Part shown: in pieces, positions 34,342-64,000 of the stretch | Layout: the number at the start of each line of letters is the position of its first letter | Numbering within the stretch: the first letter of the stretch is position 1 | Source of the DNA: Macrostomum lignano | Taxonomy: Eukaryota | Assembly (NCBI GenBank): GCA_002269645.1 | Contig: NIVC01002149.1 | Location: 26,060 to 90,059 of the forward strand | DNA length: 64,000 bases | Direction of reading: 5' to 3' | Made by a program: the position numbers and the translations under genes | The notes under the pieces: model-generated | The model's database searches: none | What the model was told of the DNA's origin: nothing | Seen by the model: the letters and a program-made list of their open reading frames with translations, nothing else

Positions 34342-37224
34342 CTAGCCGCTACTATGCAAGGGTTTGGACTCCTCGTTGCCAGCCGCATGTTTGGACTGCT
34401 CGCCCAGAATCAGCACCTGATCGTAGATGCCCGTCTCCTCTTCCACTTGCGGTCCGCTAGCCGAGAAGAGATGCACAGCCTGAGAGTAGAACATGGCGCT
34501 GATGCGGCTGCCCAGGCCTTGGTAATCCTCGCTCCGCTGCTCAGCTTGCTGCTGCTGCTCTGTGGCCGCTCTGGCCTTGAGCACCTGCTTCTGCTCGGAG
34601 GGTCAGGTAGAAGTCGAATCTCGGTTTTGGTGGCTTTGGTTGCTTTCCGGTAAAATTGGTTTGCAGTCACACAGGTGCAGAGTGATTCAGACAAGACCGG
34701 AGCCTCTCCCTGACACACAAGCTGCAGCCCCTGACACACCCAAACTGCAGTCCCTGACACACCCAAACTGCAGTCCCTGACATACCCAAAAATGAACTTC
34801 TGACACACCCAAACTGGAGCCCCTGACACACCCAATCTGCAGTCCCTGACACACCCAAACGGCAGCCCCTGACACACCCAATCTGCAGACCCTGACACAC
34901 CCAAACGGCAGCCCCTGACACACCCAATCTGCAGACCCTGACACACCCAAACTGCAGCCCCTGACACACCCAATCTGCAGCCCCTGACACACCCAAACTG
35001 CAGTCCCTGACACACCCAAACTGCAGTCCCTGACACACCCAAACTGCAGTCCCTGACATACCCAAAAATGAACTTCTGACACACCCAAACTGGAGCCCCT
35101 GACACACCCAATCTGCAGACCCTGACACACCCAAACGGCAGCCCCTGACACACCCAATCTGCAGACCCTGACACACCCAAACTGCAGCCCCTGACACACC
35201 CAATCTGCAGCCCCTGACACACCCAAACTGCAGTCCCTGACACACCCAAACTGCAGTCCCTGACACACCCAAACTGCAGTCCCTGACACACCCAAACTGC
35301 AGTCCCTGACACACCTAAGCTGAGCCCCTGAAATCTGACATCTCGAATCGCACTCCCTGACTTTCGCACACGAAAGTAAAGGCCAAATCACCTGCATCCT
35401 GGCGTAGAGAATGGCCAGAGTGGCAGCGGCAATGAGGATGGCTGCCAGCGGAATCGCCCCAGCCAGGAGCATCGGGCCGAGGCGCAGTCGGTCCGGGCCC
35501 TCCCCTGAAAATTTCCGCCAAGGCAACACTTGGTGATTTGTTATAATTTTAGCAGCTCGCAGTCAAATTTGAATTGAGGAACAAATTGTCGCCCCGACGC
35601 AGTTTAAACAAACTGGGCCGGATTCAGCAAGTTCAACCAATTTAGTTAGCTGCATAACTGATGCTTGTTTGTGAATTCCAGTTTGACCACTTCCTTGCCT
35701 CCCCGCTGTGTCTACAGACCACTCTGCAGCTAAGTGAAGTAAGTAAGTCAAAGATGCTTGTTTGAATTGGATTTGTGGCCTGTGTTGATGTTCCTGCCAG
35801 TGCTTGCTATCTCCATCCGGCCTTATTTTGCGCTTCTAATGATTCATGCGAGCTGACTACAGACACTATACTGGCGTACTTGGGGTACCTGGGGTTTTGG
35901 AAATTCACCTTCAGATTTACAGTAAATATCCTTCATTTTTCATGGCCACTTCTACTAGCCACTCGCTCACCAGACGAACCGAAGTAGTTGACGTCTTCTC
36001 CAAGCCAGAGGTTGGAAAATGCCATGTAGTTTTCGCCAGGCAGTTGGCTTACCGGCTTTCGCAACAACAGCATGCTGGTCTGCGGATGCGAATTGAGTGT
36101 TTGAGCATGCTGGTCTGCGGAGTGTTTGAGTGTTTTTGTGCGGAAGTCAGAGATTTGAAATATTCAATAAGGGGGTTGTAGGTGTCGGGAACCAGATATT
36201 GGCGTCGAAAGTCGTGGTTTTTGGCGTCGGGAAAAGATTGTGTCGGTGTCAGAAATCGAAGTGTCGGTGTCGGAAATCGGAGGGGGTGTCGGTTTCGGAA
36301 ATTGCTTAGGGCCTGAAATCGGCGTTTGGCACCAAGAATCAAGGATGTTGGTGTCAGGAGCAGATGCCTGCGATGGGGCAGTAAAATCATTAGATATACC
36401 AAATGCAAAATGATTAGCTTTTGATTCACCACTTGAGCCTTTGGGCAATTCACAGTAAGTTTTTGGCCAGCAGAATCTCCTAATGATGTGCCACAAAAGG
36501 CCCAGCTGGCTTTTGTCCTCTTAAATTCCAATGCAGTTCTGCTTGAGTTGCAACTGTGCTGTCTGTCTAGCTGGAAATCACTGGGCTGACTCTGCAGCCA
36601 CACTTCGATGCCGACCGAGCGATTGAAGATCTCCTTAGAAGACAGTTCTGCAGGTTGATCGGAGTGGGTGAAGATGACGGAATACTACTCATGACAGAAA
36701 GACAGACAAAAGGACAGACAGACAGAAAGACAGACAAAAGGACAGAGACAGACAACAGGCAGAAACTCAACTCTTGCCTCTGCTCTGAATGGTCACGGCG
36801 GAAATCGCAATTAGTCTGCGCAGTTTTACAACTAGCCAGTGATATCCGCTGTCTGTCACGTTGTTGGAATGAAAATAAAAGAAGCCGTCGATTTCTTTGT
36901 CTGTCTTGTTGAAACAAAGATAGACTTCATTTTCATTGACAAAATAGCTGCTGGATTGTTGAGACGACTCGAAAAGACCATAGTCTAGCCTTTTGTTGAA
37001 GATTCTGGCGTCTGAAAATTTTTAAATACATGTTCAGTGTGTATTGCTATTAAGCATTAGCCTAATTAAACGCATCAGATACTGCATGCTTAATTCTGCA
37101 CGGGTACAACATATATTTAACTTCTTAAATTTCATGCAATTGATGTCGACTTACATGTACATTTTGGCTGAATAATCGTAAAAAATATAACCAGATAAAC
37201 AGCTTTCTTAATAATTTCCTGCAT
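34342..37224 (-). CDS. Single-pass type I membrane protein with F-type lectin (fucolectin/FTP)-like ectodomain, about 340 aa
   Basis: Phase-consistent GT-AG exons 37155-37224 (signal-peptide-like MQEIIKKAVYLVIFFTIIQPKCT), 36772-37011, 36400-36647, 35971-36079, 35392-35504 (TM LLAGAIPLAAILIAAATLAILY) and 34342-34590/34584. FTP-like QQSSSY, FHS...HWLVVKL..LIAISAVTIQSR and FCG...G..LTVNC. Confidence 0.72.
34710..35325. repeat. 23-bp minisatellite (ccctgacacacccaaactgcagt) with a 276-bp higher-order duplication
   Basis: The variant catacccaaaaatgaacttc recurs at 34781 and 35057; last intron of the lectin-like gene. Confidence 0.93.
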
Positions 37225-37854
37225 TTTGAGTTCGATTTTTCAATTTTTTTTCGATTGGCGAATGTTGTGTTTTACTATAATATGAACATTTATTTTAATA
37301 TGGTCCAGTTATAAGATATAAATTTTAACAGGTATAACAAAAAGTAGAAATACAATGCGTAGTTTAAGTAATTAACTGAACAAAAACAAAAGGTTAATTA
37401 AAATATCACGTAATATATAAAAACTTAAAAAGTATTTTTGAATGTAAGAAAGGTAGTTAGAAGATATTGAATTTAAAAAAAGAGGTTTCCCAGAAAAAGA
37501 AAAGATTTTTTGTTTTCACCGTCATTCACCGCTTGCGATCAAGCCATACAAGTAACTAACTTCAGATATCACGTGCTATGAATAAATGTGATTTACTTTG
37601 CTCTTGACTTTTAGGACTTATCTGGACTGCTTGCATTGGGATATTTGTCTTTAAAAACGAATTGAAGTGTAGTGTTGTTTATATATCGTATCTTGTTTGT
37701 CTACTAACTACTTATCTAGGCACAGTCCGGTGGTGTTGTGTAGCTTATTAATTATAGCCCTTTTCCGCGTTCGCACTTACTCATTCATTAACTTGTGATC
37801 AAACGGTATTTTGCATCTTAGGCTCCTCAATAGGTTTGCTACTGAAGCCATAAA

Positions 37855-57783
<19,929 letters not shown>

Positions 57784-57914
57784 TGTTCGCCTCACCGTCA
57801 CGGCCTCACCGTCTGCCTGCCCGCGCATGCCGCAGTGCTGACTGAAGTGAACTGCTGTTTAATCACTGCTTTCTGGGAAATGCTTTTGCAATTTTTCTGT
57901 GATTGGGCAGGTGA

Positions 57915-58190
57915 CACCACTGTCAGTCACTGTCAGTGCCATTGTCAGTTGTCACTGTCAGTTGTCACTGTCAGTTGTCACTGTCAGTTGTCACTGTCAG
58001 TTGTCACTGTCAGTGCCATTGTCAGTTGTCACTGTCAGTCACTGTCAGTGCCATTGTCAGTTGTCACTGTCAGTGCCATTGTCAGTTGTCATTGTCAGTG
58101 CCATCGTCAGTTGTCACTCTCAGTGCCATTGTCTGTTGTCACTGTCAGTGATATTGTCTGTTGTCACTGTCAGTGCCATTGCCTGTCACT
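57915..58190. repeat. 13-bp-based repeat (gtcactgtcagtt)
   Basis: Direct inspection. Confidence 0.88.
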
Positions 58191-58489
58191 GTATCGTGGC
58201 TGTCTGCCCGCTGACGGACAGCTTGCATGTTGATTTGCTATTCGGTTCGGAGTTTGTATTGTTTTTATATTATTTATTTGTTTGGGACTTAACCTGTATT
58301 ACCTTTTGTATTTTACACAAAGAAAACTGTGTTATTAAATATTATTATTACTGTTATTCACTTCTATCCGCTCCTGCTTATTGCAGTCACTCTCTGGCGT
58401 TCACTGCTCACTTGGAGTCGATGCAGACCCTCACGACTTTTGTGCAACATTTAAAGCGCCAGAATGTACACGCAGAAATCTCCTGAACC

Positions 58490-59350
58490 GCTGAGAATCA
58501 CTCCCTGCGGCAAACCTGAGAATCACTCCCTGCAGCACTCGAGAATCACTCCCTGCGGCAAACCTGAGAATCACTCCCTGCAGCACTCGAGAATCACTCC
58601 CTGCGGCAAACCTGAGAATCACTCCCTGTAGCACTCGAGGATCACTCCCTGCAGCACCCTGAGAATCACTCTCTGCAACACCCTGAGAATCACTCCCTGC
58701 GGCAAACCTGAGAATCACTCCCTGTAGCACTCGAGGATCACTTCCTGCAGCACCCTGAGAATCACTCTCTGCAACACCCTGAGAATCACTCCCTGCAGCA
58801 CTCGAGAATCACTCCCTGCGGCAAACCTGAGAATCACTCCCTGCGGCAAACCTGAGAATCACTCCCTGCGGCAAACCTGAGAATCACTCCCTGCGGCAAA
58901 CCTGAGAATCACTCCCTGCGGCAAACCTGAGAATCACTCCCTGCGGCAAACCTGAGAATCACTCCCTGCGGCAAACCTGAGAATCACTCCCTGCGGCAAA
59001 CCTGAGAATCACTCCCTGCGGCAAACCTGAGAATCACTCCCTGCGGCAAACCTGAGAATCACTCCCTGCGGCAAACCTGAGAATCACTCCCTGCGGCAAA
59101 CCTGAGAATCACTCCCTGCGGCAAACCTGAGAATCACTCCCTGCGGCAAACCTGAGAATCACTCCCTGCGGCAAACCTGAGAATCACTCCCTGCGGCAAA
59201 CCTGAGAATCACTCCCTGCGGCAAACCTGAGAATCACTCCCTGCGGCAAACCTGAGAATCACTCCCTGTAGCACTCGAGGATCACTCCCTGCAGCACCCT
59301 GAGAATCACTCCCTGTGGCACCCTGAGAATCACTCCTTGCAGCACGCTAA
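58490..59350. repeat. 25-bp minisatellite (gagaatcactccctgcggcaaacct), about 34 copies
   Basis: Direct inspection. Confidence 0.96.
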
Positions 59351-60228
59351 GAAGCACTCCTAGCACAGAGGTTGCTGCATCAGCACCATGGGCAGACTTC
59401 TATACATATAGGTATTTTTGTGTATGAATCGAAACAGTTTGGCTTCCTTATTTTTGCTACCATTTTATCACTACTAAGTAGTATATGCAGTTTATTAGTT
59501 AGATATTGTTTTGCAAACTATAAAGATGTAATTTGAACTTTTGCGTGAGAAATGAATAGCTGTTGACTCTTAGCAAAATTGTAATTTTCTGTCTTGAAAG
59601 CTTGCGGTTGTGCAGGATGCCAGGGCCGAGTTGCCAGATATTTATAGCTTTTCTCAATTTCATTTCGTCAGCCCTGCCTCTGACTATTGTGATAAAGCTT
59701 GCGTGGTGAAGTTCTCCAACTATTCTATAATCATGATTACATTTTGATTCATTTTCAAATTATGGCGAAAAAACTTTTGTGACTACTGATTATCATAGCG
59801 CTACTGTCAGTAGTGTGTTGAGGGCATTGCGAGCTCGGCCAAATTGCAAGCGGTTTCATTCTCAATAGCTTCGCGACTTTTCTATTTAGGCGAAAATTTA
59901 TCAGCCGCTGCTCCGTGCGGTCTTCATTACAGCCCTTCGGATTTGGCGATGAGACTTGAAGGCATGCGGGCTGTCAATCTGCTCTTGCTTGAACTTCACG
60001 CCAAGAGCTCGACAATATTTCTTGTAGACCGTTCCCACCGATCCTTGACTTGTTTTAGTACCTTAGAAAGTTGTCTGTGTTCCTAAATTATACGCCGCAT
60101 ACTCGCACTGTACTACTGCTATTCAGCTCAGTAAATTATTATCAGATTATCAGACGCTAAACTGCTAATTATGAATTGGTTTGGCTGCTTGGTCATTGGT
60201 TTGTCTTTTGCCAAACTGTCGCAGGCAG

Positions 60229-60245
60229 CACAGACAGACAGACCC

Positions 60246-60314
<69 letters not shown>

Positions 60315-60326
60315 CAGACAGAAGAT

Positions 60327-60387
<61 letters not shown>

Positions 60388-60568
60388 CAGACAGACAGAC
60401 AGACACAGACAGACAGACAGACAGACAGAAAGACAGACAGACAGACACAGACAGACAGACAGACAGGCAGACAGAGACAGACAGGCAGACAGAGACAGAC
60501 AGGCATACAGACAGACAGACAGACAGACAGCCAGACAGACAGTCAGACAGACAGACAGACAGACAGAC

Positions 60569-60599
<31 letters not shown>

Positions 60600-60660
60600 C
60601 AGACAGACAGACAGACAGAAGACAGACAGACAAACAGACAGTCACTCAGTCAGACAGACA
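60229..60660. repeat. (CAGA)n microsatellite
   Basis: Direct inspection. Confidence 0.96.
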
Positions 60661-61364
60661 CGCACGCAGACTAACGGAAGCAGACCGACGGAATTAATAA
60701 ATACCGGTAATTAGCATATGTAAGGTCATGACAGAACATATTCAGTTTAGCAGTTAATGGTAGAAGCCTAATCCGTAAAAATTTTCTACTAAGAAATATT
60801 TTCTGCCTTACTGGGTGCGGCTGGCAGCGATGTTCTTAGAGAGAAAGAGATTTTCTGTTTACGCTTTCAAGGTTTTGAGCTGCAATTAAAGTTCTGCCAC
60901 AACTCTCAGCGCTATGGCGGAACCGTGTGGGCGTTGTTGCAAGTCTTTGGCTTGCGCAAAAATTCTGCCATTACTGAAACATTTTAAGTAGCCCTTTTTT
61001 GCAGCAGGCCTGTAGAGCTTGTCTTTCTGAGTGCTTCCCTGCTGGCATGGCTTAATGAGGGGTCACTGGGCAATGCACAATGCGCCTCATCATTCCAGCA
61101 TCTTGAGCTAGACTATTTGAATGCTGCAAGGAGCAAATTTTCGTTTGTTGTTTCTCTGAGGGTTGAAATGTACCCGCCCAGTACTTTAATTTTCGCGTGA
61201 GAGAGCTGCCGAGTTTGGTAGAGAAGCGCATGCTGCGACTGCCAATTATGGCTGGAGTGGTAAAAGAAGTGCTGCCGAAGTGCGGCAGGCCTGCTGCTTG
61301 TAGCTTTTAAAGGTCAAATTTTTGTGCTTAGCCCCCGACGCATGCATGTACCTGTCAGAGTGCC

Positions 61365-62210
61365 CCATCCCATGCACACCTGTCACCCCCGATCCCATGC
61401 ACACCTGTCACCTCCCCGATCCCATGCACACCTGTCACCTCCCCGATCCCATGCACACCTGTCACCTCCCCGATCCCATGCACACCTGTCACCCCCGATC
61501 CCATGCACACCCGTCACCTCCCCGATCCCATGCACACCTGTCACCCCCGATCCCATGCACACCCGTCACCTCCCCGATCCCATGCACACCTGTCACCTCC
61601 CCGATCCCTTGCACACCTGTCACCTCCCCGATCCCATGCACACCTGTCACCTCCCCGATCCCATGCACACCTGTCACCCCCGATCCCATGCACACCTGTC
61701 ACCTCCCCGATCCCATGCACACCTGTCACCTCCCCGATCCCATGCACACCTGTCACCTCCCCGATCCCATGCACACCTGTCACCCCCGATCCCATGCACA
61801 CCTGTCACCTCCCCGATCCCATGCACACCTGTCACCTCCCCGATCCCATGCACACCTGTCACCTCCCCGATCCCATGCACACCTGTCACCTCCCCGATCC
61901 CATGCACACCCGTCACCTCCCCGATCCCATGCACACCTGTCACCTCCCCGATCCCTTGCACACCTGTCACCTCCCCGATCCCATGCACACCTGTCACCTC
62001 CCCGATCCCATGCACACCTAGCTGTCACCTCCCCGATCCCATGCACACCTGTCACCTCCCCGATCCCATGCACACCTGTCACCTCCCCGATCCCATGCAC
62101 ACCTGTCACCTCCCCTATCCCATGCACACCTGTCACCTCCCAATCCCATGTACACCTTTCATCCCCCATCCCATGCACACCTGTCACCCTCCAATCCCAT
62201 CATGCACACC
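61365..62210. repeat. 27/25-bp minisatellite (catgcacacctgtcacctccccgatcc)
   Basis: Direct inspection. Confidence 0.95.
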
Positions 62211-64000
62211 TATCACGGCGCCCCAATCCACACATTGAGCGCAGTAGGACAAAAAGTGAGCTTTTGTATTGCTAATAGAAAAGAGATTTCACCTCTTGCA
62301 GTTTCACTTTTGACAATCGCGCACCTGAGCTTGCGGAAAAATTTCGGAAATTGTAAAGCACCTGGGCAGTGTCTGCATGATAAGAGTAGTTTGGCAAATG
62401 ACTGCCACAGTCACTAATGTCGGGAGGAGCTCTGTGATAGGCTAAGGTGAAGCACCTGACGGTACAATTGTCAGATGAGAGTCCAATGTGGGTGAGCGCA
62501 TTGCATGACCTCAACTTCGAAGCTACATGTACACCCAAGCCCAGTGGCGCCACTGCAGCAGAGGAGCCACTGTTTTATGGGGGCTCAAAATGCGGCGATA
62601 CATGTAGCTTTTCTCTGTTGAATGGTCAGCTGCTGTGCCTGAGAAGACTCGGCAAAAATGAATTGACATTTGACAATGACATTTACGAGCTATTGTGTGT
62701 TTATTCTCCACTTGGCTACCCTCAGTGCGTATAGTTAGGTTGCGTTGTTGCAGTGTTAGGATTATGCTAGTTGAGATAGTGGGACAGTTTCATACATTTG
62801 CAAGCATTGGTAGACATCTTCGTATGTATAATCAATATTTTCTCTGTCTCAAACTCAGCAGCAGTAAATGAAGGATAATTGATAGATAATCAGCGGTCCT
62901 AGTGTGTGACAACGATTGTCTGGCGAGCGCCGGTAGAAAAGCCTACAAGTAGAAAAGTAGAAGGTAGAAAAGTAGAAAAGCCTTTGCATTGTTTTTCTGT
63001 TTGACGATCCTAAAAACAATGCATTGTTTGTAGTAATATATTAATATAGACTGGCTGTTGAGGACTGAAATGAACTGAAAAGCCTCGGCGCTACGCTACG
63101 AGGAGTCAGGAAGGCAAGCCATACGCTGTCCGAAGTCTGGTGTGCTTCAGGGCGTCTATTCATCGGTACGTGCTGGAGACAAGGAACGTGCGAATTATAG
63201 GTAACACCGAATTTTTGTCGTTTGACCACGCTAACTGACAGATGTAACTATTGAGGTAACTATTGATGAACTCTCCAGCCACATATCATTTTGAGCTTCC
63301 AAGCGTTATTTACTGAATTATTTCGTTTACTTCGTGTTTCATTCCTGTTGTGTTTGGTCTTGTGTTTGTTGGCAGTGAAGTATACAGTGGCTATAAGTGA
63401 TGAATTGAATATAATTGAAATATGCTTCAACCATAGACAGTGACGGCGGACAAATGTAGAGCGTTTCAATCGCGTTTCAACCCAGGCAGCCTACCCATAA
63501 TGTATTGTTTCTGCATAAAAATGTGAATAATGATCGTCGAATTTCTAGACAATCGGGTTTCTCAGTGTCACTCGTGGTTTTAAGCTTCCTCGATATTATA
63601 CCTTTAAAATTTATCCACTTGTCTACTGCACTTAATTTCTTCCAACACGTGTCTATTTCACCAGTTGGCAAGCAGGGCATGCCATAGACACTTCATTTCC
63701 CTTCGTACCGAGTAAAAATTGCACTTTGTTCCACTGTGCTAACTGAGAGAGATAGTGTTGTTCATGGCCAGACGCTCCAGCCAAAACAGAATGGAAGGGT
63801 CACAAGATAAAACTGTCAATCTTAAAAGGTGGTGTCCCTTTTAAAGTGGCTTATTCCGCACACACTTAAGATTACCAAATGAGTGCTGATGCAATCAAGG
63901 ACCGCTGTAGGAGACACTTCTCTTCATTGGTCCTTGCTGCAATGCAGGAAGCAGGGAGACCAATACGGCAAGCTGCTGGCTTTACGAGCCTTAGGCACAA

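Overview
Eukaryotic, intron-rich animal DNA with no prokaryotic gene architecture. GC-rich exons alternate with introns that almost each hold their own tandem repeat, a style I associate with flatworm genomes such as Macrostomum (inference only). Splice-aware reading gives these genes. Minus strand: a secreted TSP1-repeat protein (5' part), a complete 10-exon NOX1/2-type NADPH oxidase (2727-12268) and a penta-EF-hand protein just upstream of it. Plus strand: RSPH1 (15818-20345), an orphan exon pair (25213-26630) and HIP1/SLA2 (37855 to about 57.8 kb). Minus strand again: an FkbM-family methyltransferase and a 6-exon single-pass receptor with an F-type-lectin-like ectodomain (34342-37224), which the ORF track only catches in fragments. 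Mobile DNA: a MITE with 80-bp TIRs and an 8-bp TSD, a Sola2-like element, a deleted piggyBac and a degenerate P/THAP9 transposase. About 40 tandem arrays are present; several carry splice-site, nuclear-receptor (DR2) or G-quadruplex motifs. Most long ORFs in the track are repeat artefacts. Two 1-bp homopolymer frameshifts suggest assembly errors. No rRNA, tRNA or CRISPR array was seen. All homology calls are from motif recognition, not database searches.
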